Numbered from the stretch's first letter, positions 1 through 9,452 are shown. The stretch is 64,000 bases of DNA from Actinomycetota bacterium (GCA_035288045.1 DATEBA010000005.1:23146-87145), one strand, 5' to 3'. The notes: generated by a model not told the origin, from the sequence alone. Made by a program: numbers and translations.

Positions 1-1
1 G

Positions 2-118
2 GTCATCCTCTCCTGCACGCTGATCGGGCAGGCGCTCGAGGACGCCTTGAACCCGCGTCTTCGGGTGTCCTTCCTCGCGGCGCGCGGGTTCCGGATCCGC
101 CGTCCGGAGCAGGGGTGA
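2..118 (+). CDS. C-terminal fragment of a peptide ABC transporter permease (OppC/DppC-like), truncated by the window edge
   Basis: Frame 2 reads VILSCTLIGQALEDALNPRLRVSF...PEQG*. The G.AL.DAL.PR ending is typical of OppC. Its TGA overlaps the GTG start of the next ATPase (GTGA at 115-118). Confidence 0.8.
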   Translation, partial: VILSCTLIGQALEDALNPRLRVSFLAARGFRIRRPEQG

Positions 119-1095
119 GCGACCCGGTCCTTTCCGTCGCGGACCTGAACGTCTGGTTCGATCTGCCGCATGGCGGCACTCTCCACGCGGTTCGCGGGGT
201 TAGCTTCTCGCTCGCGCCGGGAGAGCGTTTCGGACTCGTCGGGGAGTCAGGTTGCGGAAAGACGACCTCGATCCTTGCCCTGATGGGGTTGCTCCCGCCC
301 AACGCAACGGTGTCGGGGACGATCTTGTTGGAGGGCAAGGATCTTCTGGTCGGAGGTGAATCCTCGATCCGGCCGCGCCGCTGGGTCGATGTCTCGATGA
401 TCTTTCAGGGTGCAATGAACGCTCTCAACCCCGTGAAGACCGTGGGCTCGCAGATCGTCGAGCCTATGGAGTTGCACGAGATCGCCCAGGGCGCAGACGC
501 GCGAACGCGCGCGGGCGAGCTGCTCGAGCTGGTCGGGATCCCCGCCGCTCGAGCCGACCGATATCCCCACGAGTTCTCCGGCGGGATGCGCCAGCGGGCG
601 GCGATCGCGATGGCGCTCGCGTGCGAGCCGAAGGTGCTGCTGGCTGACGAGCCGACGACCGCGCTGGACGTGATGGTCCAGGCGCAGATCCTCGATCTAC
701 TCGTGTCGCTAACGACCGAGCTCGGGCTGACGCTCGCGCTCGTGACCCACGACCTTCCCGTAGTCGCAGAGGTGTGCGAGCGGGGAGCCGTGATGTACGC
801 GGGTGAGATCGTCGAGATGGGAACGGTCGACGCGCTGTACCACTCTCCACGCCACCCCTACACGCGGCTGCTGTTCCGCGCGGTCCCGGATCTCCTCGGC
901 GAGACCGAGGTGGTCTCGATCCCCGGGGTCCCGCCCCGCCTGGACCGGTCGCTAGAGGGCTGTCCCTTCCGGCCTCGGTGCGACCGAGCTTTCGAGCCGT
1001 GCGGAAGCGTCTGGCCGGAGCTTCGCGACGTCACCGGCGGTCACCTCGCGGCATGCCACCTGAACGACCCATCCTACGCGGAGGCGTCGTCGTGA
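115..1095 (+). CDS. oppD: Oligopeptide/dipeptide ABC transporter ATP-binding subunit
   Basis: Walker A GESGCGKT, signature FSGGMRQR, Walker B LLADEPT, C-terminal oligo-HPY motif (HPYT...CPFRPRC). Confidence 0.93.
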   Translation: MSDPVLSVADLNVWFDLPHGGTLHAVRGVSFSLAPGERFGLVGESGCGKTTSILALMGLLPPNATVSGTILLEGKDLLVGGESSIRPRRWVDVSMIFQGAMNALNPVKTVGSQIVEPMELHEIAQGADARTRAGELLELVGIPAARADRYPHEFSGGMRQRAAIAMALACEPKVLLADEPTTALDVMVQAQILDLLVSLTTELGLTLALVTHDLPVVAEVCERGAVMYAGEIVEMGTVDALYHSPRHPYTRLLFRAVPDLLGETEVVSIPGVPPRLDRSLEGCPFRPRCDRAFEPCGSVWPELRDVTGGHLAACHLNDPSYAEASS

Positions 1096-2084
1096 CGTCG
1101 CTCCTGGAGGTGGAGGACCTCGTGGTTCGCTACCTTGTGCCGCGCGGGATCGTCGGCACGCTCGCCCGTAGACCCAAGCGACGGGTGCACGCGGTCGAGG
1201 GTGTCTCGTTCTCCCTCGAGAGGGGCGAGATGCTCGCGCTCGTTGGGGAATCCGGCTGCGGCAAGACCACGACCGCGCACGCGATCCTAAGGTTGGTCGA
1301 CGCTGAGGCGGGTTCGATCCGCCTGGACGGCGAGCAGATCTCGAGGCTCTCGCACGGCGCGCTGCGACCGCTCCGGCGGAGGATGCAGATCATCTACCAG
1401 GACCCCTACGAGTCCCTGGACCCGCGCTTCCGGGTGTGGCGGACGGTCGAGGAGCCGCTCCTGATCCACGGGCTTGGCGGCTCTAAGGAGGACCGCCGGC
1501 TCCGCGTTGTCACCGCTCTCGAACGTGTAGGCCTCACACCGCCGGACCTTTTCCTCGACCGCTACCCTCACGAGCTCTCCGGCGGCCAGCGCCAGCGCGT
1601 CGCCATCGCGGCCGGGCTCGTGCTCGAGCCGGAGCTGCTTGTCGCCGACGAGCCCGTTTCGATGCTGGACGTCTCGGTTCGAGCCGGCGTGCTGGTGCTC
1701 CTGGACCGTCTCCGCGACGGCGGTCTCGGGGTTCTCATGATCACCCACGACCTGTCGACCGCCGCGCACTTCGCGGACCGCATCGCGGTCATGTACCTCG
1801 GGCGGATCGTCGAGGAAGGCCCGTCTCGAGAAGTCGTCACCAACCCCCAGCATCCGTACACGAAGGCGCTCATGTCGGTGGTCCCCAAGCCGGACCCCCG
1901 CGAGCGGAGCCGGGCTCAGATCCTTAGGGGAGAGACCCCGAACCCGATCGACGTGCCGCCGGGCTGCCGATTCCACCCTCGGTGCCCGGTGGCGCAGGAC
2001 ATCTGCTCCATGGAGGATCCCGCCCTCCGCGCCGCGAAACAGGCACGGTCCCCCGAGCACTTGGCGGCGTGCCTGTTCACCTGA
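1092..2084 (+). CDS. oppF: Oligopeptide/dipeptide ABC transporter ATP-binding subunit
   Basis: GESGCGKT, QDPYESLDPR, LSGGQRQR, VADEP, HPYT...CRFHPRC. Start placed at the GTG at 1092, which overlaps the oppD stop. Confidence 0.92.
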   Translation: MTSLLEVEDLVVRYLVPRGIVGTLARRPKRRVHAVEGVSFSLERGEMLALVGESGCGKTTTAHAILRLVDAEAGSIRLDGEQISRLSHGALRPLRRRMQIIYQDPYESLDPRFRVWRTVEEPLLIHGLGGSKEDRRLRVVTALERVGLTPPDLFLDRYPHELSGGQRQRVAIAAGLVLEPELLVADEPVSMLDVSVRAGVLVLLDRLRDGGLGVLMITHDLSTAAHFADRIAVMYLGRIVEEGPSREVVTNPQHPYTKALMSVVPKPDPRERSRAQILRGETPNPIDVPPGCRFHPRCPVAQDICSMEDPALRAAKQARSPEHLAACLFT

Positions 2085-2087
2085 GGC

Positions 2088-3494
2088 TCAGACGGTCGTC
2101 AGCTCCAGCTCACCCCGGCGCGTCTGCTCGCGCCACCACTCCTGCCCCTCCTCGGGGAGGGTATAGATCGGGTCGTAGTAGGGGTACCTCCGAGCCAGCG
2201 CCTCGGGGTCGTCGTACTCGATGCCTGTCCGGTAGTTCTTGGTCCAGTAGGAGATGCCCTTCACGTGGTCGTACTCGACGAGCTGCTGGGTCCAGCGCTT
2301 GCCGACGAACGGGACGTCGACGACCACGCGCGGCGTCGCGAAGCCCGGGAGGTAGCCCATGATCGAGTGCTGCAGCTCCTGCGCCTCCCAAACCGAGGTT
2401 CGCCAGTGCTCGGCGTTGGGGATCATGTCGCAGACGTAGAAGTAGTACGGCATTATCTGCGCGTGGTCGAGAAGCATGAAACACAGCTCCAGCAACTGGT
2501 TCGTGCTCGCGTTCACCCCGCGCAGGAGCACCCCCTGGTTGCGGACGTCACGGTAGCCCATGTCGAGGAGCTTGCGGACGACCTTGCCCACGAGCGGGGT
2601 CACCTGCTGAGCGCAGTTCACGTGGGTGTGGACGGCCAGCTCGACGCCTCGGCCGTGCGCCTTCTCGGCCATCCGCTCCAAGCCCTCGAGCACCTCGTCC
2701 TGTAGGAAGTGCTGCGGGATGCCCATCAGCCCCTTGGTTGCCAAGCGGACGTCGCGGATGCTCTCGATGTCGAGGAGCTTCATCATGAAGTCCTCGAGCC
2801 GCTTTATCGGCAGGTTCGCCACGTCGCCACCCGAGACCACCACGTCGCGAACCATCGGGGTGCGACGCAGGTAGTCGAGCATCGCGTCCCAGCGTTCCTG
2901 CTGCTTCATCTCGAACTTGTACTTGAGGATCTGCGCCGTGTCGTTGCCGACGAGGTCCATTCGCGTGCAGTGTCCGCAGTACTGGGGGCACGTCGAGATC
3001 ATCTCGGCGAGCACCTTGGTGGGGTAGCGGTGAGTGAGCCCCTCGACGGCCCACATGTCGGCCTCGTGTAGCGAGTCGCGCGAGGCCATCGGGTGGCTCG
3101 TCCACTCGGTCTCCCTCTCGGAGAACGCGGGAGCCATGTAGCGGCGGACGGGGTCGTCCCGCAGGTCCAGCTCGTTCAGGGTGTTGATCATCTGCGGGGG
3201 GATGAGCATCGACATGGTGGCCCGCTCGGTCTGGTCGTGTGCGATGTCCTCGAGGAGTTCGTCGGTGAGGGAGTCCCCGAGGGCCTCCTTGAACTCCTTC
3301 AGGTTCTTCACCGTATGGGCACGCTGCCACTGGGCGCTCTCCCACTGCCCGGCGGTGACGTCCGCGTATCCGGGCAGGCGCGTCCAGTCGGGCTCGACGA
3401 ACTCCCGCTTGAGCGGGTACTCGAACGGCTGCTCTGCGGCGTGCGCTCTCGCCTGCCGGTGCGCCGGGCGGACGGTCGCCTGCTCGTCGCTCAT
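2088..3494 (-). CDS. kamA: Lysine 2,3-aminomutase (KamA family radical SAM/PLP enzyme)
   Basis: CPQYCGHCTR radical-SAM motif, LTHRYPTKVL, DVVVSGGD, NQGVLLRGVN, PYYFYVCD, and VDVPFVGK (PLP-lysine region). GGAGG lies upstream of the ATG at 3494. Confidence 0.88.
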   Translation of the reverse strand: MSDEQATVRPAHRQARAHAAEQPFEYPLKREFVEPDWTRLPGYADVTAGQWESAQWQRAHTVKNLKEFKEALGDSLTDELLEDIAHDQTERATMSMLIPPQMINTLNELDLRDDPVRRYMAPAFSERETEWTSHPMASRDSLHEADMWAVEGLTHRYPTKVLAEMISTCPQYCGHCTRMDLVGNDTAQILKYKFEMKQQERWDAMLDYLRRTPMVRDVVVSGGDVANLPIKRLEDFMMKLLDIESIRDVRLATKGLMGIPQHFLQDEVLEGLERMAEKAHGRGVELAVHTHVNCAQQVTPLVGKVVRKLLDMGYRDVRNQGVLLRGVNASTNQLLELCFMLLDHAQIMPYYFYVCDMIPNAEHWRTSVWEAQELQHSIMGYLPGFATPRVVVDVPFVGKRWTQQLVEYDHVKGISYWTKNYRTGIEYDDPEALARRYPYYDPIYTLPEEGQEWWREQTRRGELELTTV

Positions 3495-3500
3495 CGAACC

Positions 3501-3566
3501 TCCAGAGTAGTCCGGCCTACGCACGCAGAAACGGTGGGAACCTGTCGGACGGATCCTACCTCTGGA
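3501..3566 (-). promoter_or_regulatory. Inverted repeat in the kamA leader that would pair over the ribosome-binding site
   Basis: TCCAGAGTAG (3501-3510) pairs with CTACCTCTGGA (3556-3566), with one bulge. On the mRNA the 3' arm CUACUCUGGA overlaps GGAGG, 4 nt before the AUG. Confidence 0.4.
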
Positions 3567-3641
3567 AGTAGTGTACCCGCAGTTCGTCCGGTAGAACAGC
3601 GTCGAAACCGAAGGATGTTCGGCGGTGGGTTGGTCTGTGGG

Positions 3642-3911
3642 CTAGCGGCGGGGACCGCCGCGGCCGCCCTCGCGGGGGCGCCGGCGCTCGATCCGCTCCT
3701 TCTCGTGCCTGGGGAGGCGGGTCACGAGGGGGGCGTGACCGGTTCGCTCGAGTCGAACTTGCACGTGATCGGCATGCTGCTCCCTGTTTATCTCGCGCCA
3801 GCCGTTCGCGAGCAGGTGCTTCAGGCGGCCGGCGGCCGTCCTACGGAGCCTGTCGGTGCCCGGAACGCGCAGGTAGAGGCGCTCGTGGATGATCTCGCGA
3901 TAGTCCGCCAC
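3642..3911 (-). CDS. Small basic hypothetical protein (89 aa)
   Basis: Fills an otherwise empty gap, co-oriented upstream of kamA. Globular-looking N-terminus and Arg/Gly-rich tail. Confidence 0.6.
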   Translation of the reverse strand: MADYREIIHERLYLRVPGTDRLRRTAAGRLKHLLANGWREINREQHADHVQVRLERTGHAPLVTRLPRHEKERIERRRPREGGRGGPRR

Positions 3912-3988
3912 GGGCCAAGCGTAGCAGGCCGCTCGCTCGCCGTGCCTGCTACAGGCCCCCTCGAGGCCTACCGATACCGCTATGGAGC

Positions 3989-6475
3989 ATGAACCACGAT
4001 CGGAGCGGCTCGGCTGAGGGCTCCGCCATCCGCATCGCCGTCGCCGTGCTGGTGGCGCTCGTTCCCACCGCGCTGGTCATCGGCGTCTCGACGGCCGGCG
4101 GGGTCTCGCTTACCTCGGAGCGGTACAACGTCTTGCTGCTCGCGGCCTTGTACCTGGCCCTTCTACCTATCGTCGTGCCGGCGTTCCGCGCCTTCCGGCG
4201 GCAGAGGCACTCGATCCGTGCCAGGGAGGGGGTTCTCGCGGCGACCGCGTTCGCCGCGGAGCGCTTCCTGCGCGAGGGCGACCCGGGGCCGGCCGTGCAG
4301 GATGTGCTTGCGCGTCTGGGGGAGGCGACGGGTGTGAGCCGCGTCTACGTCTTCCAGAACAAGGAGCGTTCGGACGGGTCGCTGCTCATGGATCAGTGCT
4401 TCGAATGGGCGGCTCCGGGGATCGAGCCGACGCTCGAGGATTCGGACAATCACGACGTGCCCTACCTGCCCGACTTCCCGACGTACCTCGAGGCGCTGTC
4501 CGCCGGCCGGCCGCTGCACGGGGTCGCCGCGGCGTTCGAGGGACAGGAGCGGGCCGACCTCGAGTCCGAGGGCATACGCTCGATCGCGTGCGTGCCGATA
4601 TTCGTCGGCGAGCACTGGTGGGGGTTCATCGGGTTCGACGACTGCGTCGGCGACCGCGCCTGGGAGGCCCCCGAGCTCGACGCGCTCCGCGTCGCGGGCG
4701 GCACGCTCGGCGCCGCGATCGAGCGGCAGCGCAGCGAGTCGGCGCGCGTGGAGGCCGAGGAGCGCTTCCAGACGCTCGTTGAGAACATCCCGGCGATCAC
4801 CTACGTCGACGAGCTGAACGAGATCGGGACGACCGTCTACATCAGCCCCCAGGTCGAGTCCATCCTCGGCTACTCGCAGAGCGAGTGGATGAGCGACCCG
4901 GAGTTCTGGCCGAAGCTGCTCCATCCGGAGGATCGACAGCGGGCGCTCGCGGCGAACGCGAGACACAACGAGACCGGGGAGCCGTACGCCCAGACGTACC
5001 GCCTCATCGCGCGCGACGGGAAGGTCGCCTGGATACGCGACGAGGCCGTCATCGTGCGCGACGCGGACGGGACGGCCCGCTGGTCCCAGGGCGTGATGCA
5101 GGACATCACGGAGCAGAAGAAGGCGGAGGAGCAGGCCGCGTTCCTCGCCTACCACGACAAGCTGACAGGCCTGCCGAACCAGGCGATGTTCGAGGAGTTC
5201 CTGGAACGGGCGGTGAGCCGCGCCAACCGCCACGAGCTGGCCGTCGCGGTCCTGTGGGTAGACCTCGACGACTTCAAGCTGGTGAACGACAGCCTCGGGC
5301 ATCGCGCCGGCGACGACCTGATCCGCGCGATGGCGGCCCGCCTGGCCGACGTAACGCGGGAGACCGACCTGGTGGCCCGGCGTGGGGGCGACGAGTTCCT
5401 GCTGCTGCTCGGCGACCTCGAGCGCGGCGGGGCGGGCGACGTCGACGCGTCCCTGCTGACGGCGGAGGCGGTGGCCGGGCGGGTCATGGAGTCCCTCCGC
5501 GTCCCGTTCGAGCTCGAGGGCACCGAGGTGTTCGTTTCGGCGAGCATCGGGATCAGCGTCTGTCCGCTGGATGCGGACCATGTGGCCAGGCTCCTCCAGA
5601 ACGCCGAGACCGCCATGTACAACAGCAAGCGGAGCGGCCCCGGTGGCTACGTCGTGAGCTCGGCGGGGACGCTCGAGTCGCTCACGAAGCTCTCGTTCGT
5701 TACCCGGCTCCGTCGCGCCGTCGAGGGCAGGCATTGGGAGCAGCACTACCAGCCGATCGTCGACCTCGGGTCGGGTCAGATCCTCGGCGTCGAGGCGTTG
5801 ATCCGTTGGAAGGACCCGGCCGGGGAGCTGATCATGCCGGGCGAGTTCATCCCGCTCGCCGAGGAGCTGGGGTTGATAGGCGCGCTGTGCGACTGGGGAG
5901 TGAGCGAACTGGTCCGCAACGACCGAGACTGGCGAGAGGATGGCGTCGAGCTCCGAGAGCTCTCGTTCAACCTCTCGGCACGGCAGTTCTGGCAGCCCGA
6001 TCTCGTCGACCGCATCATCCGTAGGCTCGACGAGGGCGAGGTCGACCCTCGCCGGGTCGTGGTCGAGATCACGGAGTCCTCGGCGATGAAGGATCCGGAG
6101 CGCGCGCAGTACGTGCTCTGGGAGCTGCACTCCGTAGGGCTGCGGCTTGCGATCGACGACTTCGGAACCGGCTACTCGTCGCTTTGGCGGCTGCGGAACC
6201 TGCCGGTCGACGTCCTGAAGATCGACCGCTCGTTCGTCTCTGGGGTGCACCAGGAGCCCGAGGCCGCGAGCATCGTCGCGGCGTTCGTGCAGCTCGGCCG
6301 CGGTCTCGGCAAGGCGACCCTCGCGGAAGGGATCGAGACCGAGGACGAAGCGCGGTTCCTCGCCACGCTCGGGTGTCAGCTCGGGCAGGGTTTCTTCTTC
6401 GGCAGACCGGTGCCTGCCAAGGAGATCACCGCGCGGATCCAGAGCGGCGAGCTCCAGGTCGCGAAGATCGCCTAG
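3989..6475 (+). CDS. Membrane-anchored GAF-PAS-GGDEF-EAL c-di-GMP cyclase/phosphodiesterase
   Basis: Two N-terminal hydrophobic segments. GAF (GIRSIACVPIFVGEHWWGFIGFDD), PAS (YISPQVESILGY...HPED), RETD-x5-GGDEF, EAL, EITES, DDFGTGYSS, KIDRSF, EGIE. Confidence 0.93.
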   Translation: MNHDRSGSAEGSAIRIAVAVLVALVPTALVIGVSTAGGVSLTSERYNVLLLAALYLALLPIVVPAFRAFRRQRHSIRAREGVLAATAFAAERFLREGDPGPAVQDVLARLGEATGVSRVYVFQNKERSDGSLLMDQCFEWAAPGIEPTLEDSDNHDVPYLPDFPTYLEALSAGRPLHGVAAAFEGQERADLESEGIRSIACVPIFVGEHWWGFIGFDDCVGDRAWEAPELDALRVAGGTLGAAIERQRSESARVEAEERFQTLVENIPAITYVDELNEIGTTVYISPQVESILGYSQSEWMSDPEFWPKLLHPEDRQRALAANARHNETGEPYAQTYRLIARDGKVAWIRDEAVIVRDADGTARWSQGVMQDITEQKKAEEQAAFLAYHDKLTGLPNQAMFEEFLERAVSRANRHELAVAVLWVDLDDFKLVNDSLGHRAGDDLIRAMAARLADVTRETDLVARRGGDEFLLLLGDLERGGAGDVDASLLTAEAVAGRVMESLRVPFELEGTEVFVSASIGISVCPLDADHVARLLQNAETAMYNSKRSGPGGYVVSSAGTLESLTKLSFVTRLRRAVEGRHWEQHYQPIVDLGSGQILGVEALIRWKDPAGELIMPGEFIPLAEELGLIGALCDWGVSELVRNDRDWREDGVELRELSFNLSARQFWQPDLVDRIIRRLDEGEVDPRRVVVEITESSAMKDPERAQYVLWELHSVGLRLAIDDFGTGYSSLWRLRNLPVDVLKIDRSFVSGVHQEPEAASIVAAFVQLGRGLGKATLAEGIETEDEARFLATLGCQLGQGFFFGRPVPAKEITARIQSGELQVAKIA

Positions 6476-8304
6476 TCCAGCGCCGCGCGGACAGCGGCGG
6501 AGATCTTCGCTGCCGATATCCCAGCCCAATCGCGCAGCTCTTCTGGGGTGCCGGAGCCGGGCATGGCCGTCACCGCGAGCTTGATCACCCGGCCGGTCAG
6601 CGGACCGGTGGCCGCGAGCCCGTCGAGAACGGCGTCGCCGAGGCCCCCCTCGACCCAGTGGTCCTCGACGACGACGAGGAGCCCGCTCTCGTCGAGCGCC
6701 CGTCGGAGCGTGGCCGCGTCGATCGGCTTCACGCTGAAGGCGTCGATCACGCGGACCGGGATCCCTTCGGTCGCAAGCGTTTCGGCGGCCTTGATCGATT
6801 CGAAGAGAGTGATTCCGGCACCGACGAGGGTGACGCGGTCGGCGTGGCCCTCCCTCACTATCTTGCTCCCGCCGATCGGGAACGGCTCGTCCGGGTAGTA
6901 CAGGCAGGGGGTCTTCTCGCGCGTCGTGCGTATGTAGGAGATGCCCTCGAGGTCGGCCATCTGCGCGACGAGCTTCACCGTCGAGTTCGCGTCGGCGGGA
7001 TAGAGCACAGTCGAACCGCGCACCGCCCGCATCATCGCGAGATCCTCGAGCGCCATCTGCGAGGGGCCGTCCTCGCCGATCGAGACACCCGCGTGGGAAC
7101 CGCAGAGCCGCAGGTTCGCGCGGCTGATCGCCGCCATCCGCACGAAGTCGTACGCCCGCGTGAGGAACGCACCGAAGGTCGCGGCGAACGCGATCTTCCC
7201 CAGCGCTTGCAGGCCGACGGCCGCACCGATCATCGCCTGCTCGGCGATGAACATCTCGATGAATCGCTCGGGCGCGACCTTCTCGAAGTCCTCGGTGTAG
7301 GTTGAGTTGGAGACCTCACCGTCCAGCACTACGACGTCGCCGCGCGTCCTGCCGAGCCATGCAAGCGTCTCGCCGAACGCCTTCCGCGTGGGTATGCCCT
7401 CGGTGTACGCGGGCTTGGGCGCGTTCTCGGGCGGCGCTGGCTTCGTCAGGGCCGGCTTCGGCACGAGCGGCGTGACCGAGACCGACCGCTCGCCGCCGAG
7501 CTCGTCGATCGCCTGCCCCGCTTGCTGGCCCGACAGCGCCTTGCCGTGCCAGCCCTCCCGGTTCGCGAGGAACGAGACGCCGTGTCCCTTCTCGGTTCGG
7601 GCGATCACGAGCGCGGGAGCGCCGCGGCCTTCGGCCTCGCGGTAAGCGGCGTCGATCGCCTCGACGTCGTGCCCGTCCACGACTATCCCGGGCCAGCCGA
7701 ACGCCTCGGCCCTGCGCGCGTAGGCCTTGGCGTCCCACTCGAGCATCGTCGGGCCCCGCTGGCCGAGACGGTTCATGTCGAGGACGCCAACGAGGTTCGC
7801 GACCCCGTGGAAGGCGGCCGTCTCCATCGCCTCCCAAACGCTTCCCTCGGCCATCTCGGAGTCGCCCATCACGACCCACACGCGGCCGGGGAGGCCGTCC
7901 ATGCGCATCGCCAAGGCCATGCCGAGCCCCGCGGCGAGGCCCTGGCCGAGCGACCCCGTCGCCAGGTCGACCCAGGGCATGCCAGGCACAGGGGCGGGGT
8001 GGCCCTCGAGCGGGCTTCCCATCTTGCGCAGGGACAGCAGCTGCTCGTCGGTGAGCGCGCCGACCGCCTTGAGGACCGCGTAGAGGAGCGGCGACGCGTG
8101 GCCCTTTGACAGGACGAGCCGGTCGTTCGAAGCGTTGTTCGGGTCGGCGACGTCGTAGCGGAGATGGTCGGCCACGAGGACGGCGAGCAGGTGTGAGGCC
8201 GACATCGAGGACGTGGGGTGGCCCGAACCGGCCAGCGTGGTAGCGCGGATCGCGTCGACGCTCAACTGAGCGGCGAGATCGTTCCAGAGGTCCTTCCTGT
8301 CCAC
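6472..8304 (-). CDS. tkt: Transketolase (single-chain, ~610 aa type)
   Basis: GSGHPTSSMS, LSKGHA, ATGSLGQG, TPP motif GDSEMAEGSVWEA...DMN, SHAGVSIGEDGPSQM. Confidence 0.92.
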   Translation of the reverse strand: MDRKDLWNDLAAQLSVDAIRATTLAGSGHPTSSMSASHLLAVLVADHLRYDVADPNNASNDRLVLSKGHASPLLYAVLKAVGALTDEQLLSLRKMGSPLEGHPAPVPGMPWVDLATGSLGQGLAAGLGMALAMRMDGLPGRVWVVMGDSEMAEGSVWEAMETAAFHGVANLVGVLDMNRLGQRGPTMLEWDAKAYARRAEAFGWPGIVVDGHDVEAIDAAYREAEGRGAPALVIARTEKGHGVSFLANREGWHGKALSGQQAGQAIDELGGERSVSVTPLVPKPALTKPAPPENAPKPAYTEGIPTRKAFGETLAWLGRTRGDVVVLDGEVSNSTYTEDFEKVAPERFIEMFIAEQAMIGAAVGLQALGKIAFAATFGAFLTRAYDFVRMAAISRANLRLCGSHAGVSIGEDGPSQMALEDLAMMRAVRGSTVLYPADANSTVKLVAQMADLEGISYIRTTREKTPCLYYPDEPFPIGGSKIVREGHADRVTLVGAGITLFESIKAAETLATEGIPVRVIDAFSVKPIDAATLRRALDESGLLVVVEDHWVEGGLGDAVLDGLAATGPLTGRVIKLAVTAMPGSGTPEELRDWAGISAAKISAAVRAALD

Positions 8305-8437
8305 CTCTTCGCCTTCCTGCCTTGCGGCGGCGCCAGCCTACACGCACGCGCTCACCCGGGATGGTGAGGCGAGGTTCTCCACCAGAGTCCCCCCGCCCGG
8401 TGTTGGCCGGGTCTCGGGGCGTACATAGCATCCGTGC

Positions 8438-9427
8438 ATGGCCGTCGCGGCATCGGAGGTCGGCGCCGCGCGCGCCTCCTCGGCCGGATCCCGCCCGGTA
8501 CTTCTGCGACTGGCCGGCGACAGCGCGTCGGGCAAGACGACGCTCGCCGAGGGGATCGAGTGGATCCTCGGGCCCGGGCGCGTGGTGCGCGTCAGCCTCG
8601 ACGACTACCACCGCTTCGACCGGAAGACCCGCGCCTAGCTCGGTCTCACTTCGCTGGACCCTGCGGCGAATCACCTCGATATCGTGGCGCAGCACCTGCG
8701 GCTGCTTGCACTCGGCGAGCCGGTGCTGAAGCCGGTCTACGACCATGGCACCGGCGAGGTCCGCCCGGCCGAGCACGTCGAGCCGCGCGACGTCGTCATC
8801 GTCGAGGGGCTCCTGCCTTTCCACGCGCGAGCGCTCCGCGAGTGCTTCGACGTCAAGGTGTACCTGGATCCCGAAGAGGAGTTGCGGCACCGTTGGAAGA
8901 TCGAGCGTGACTGCGCGACGCGAGGCTACCTGATCGAGGAGGTCGTCGCGGAGCTGCGCCGGCGCGAGACCGACGCAGCCCGGTTCGTGCGCCCGCAGCG
9001 TGGTTTCGCCGACCTGGTCCTCTCCTTCCACCGGCAGTCGACGGTGAAGGCCTACGCGAACCTCGGCGCTCGGATCGTGCTCCGGCCCACGCTGCCGCAC
9101 CCCCCGCTCGACGAGTTGGTCGGAACGCTCCGCCGGTACGGCTACGAGCCGGTGCGGCGCTTCCTCGACCGCGCCCTCGGGCACCCGGCCGAGATCCTCG
9201 AGGTCGATGGCGGCTGCCCGCCCGGCGTCGGCGGCGACGTCGCGCAGATCGTCTGGCGAAGGATGCACCCCGACGCCGGGCTCCTTCGCGATCGGCTCGG
9301 CCTGTACCTACATGCGACCGGCGAGGAGCGCCGAAGCGAGGCGCTCGCACTCGCGCAACTCCTAATCGTCTCCCACGTGGTCGACGCGCTCCACGGGGGC
9401 TTTCGAGCTCTAGAGGTGGTACGCTGA
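8438..9427 (+). pseudogene. prk: Phosphoribulokinase (cyanobacterial/actinobacterial type) interrupted by one in-frame TAG at 8636-8638
   Basis: AGDSASGKTT P-loop and DDYHRFDRKTRA, then TAG, then the same frame continues LGLTSLDPAAN...KPVYDHGTG...VEGLLP...YLDPEEELRHRWKIERD...RGY. These are PRK-family motifs. The two ORF-track pieces (8438-8638 and 8684-9427) share a frame. Confidence 0.85.
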
Positions 9428-9433
9428 GGCGAC

Positions 9434-9452
9434 GGACGGCGCGGTGCCGTCC
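9434..9452 (+). terminator. GC hairpin just after the prk stop
   Basis: GGACGGC-gcggt-GCCGTCC, with no U-tract. Confidence 0.3.

Noticed and set aside
3495-3641. Canonical lysine riboswitch upstream of kamA
   Set aside because: The enclosed region is about 45 nt, far too short for the five-way junction. It is kept only as an unknown-structure candidate.
8636-8638. Genome-wide amber recoding or pyrrolysine as the explanation for the prk stop
   Set aside because: TAG is the genuine stop of many genes here (6475, tkt, 10753, 12899, kbl, MMPL, 22741, 25461 and others), and no pyl genes are in the window.
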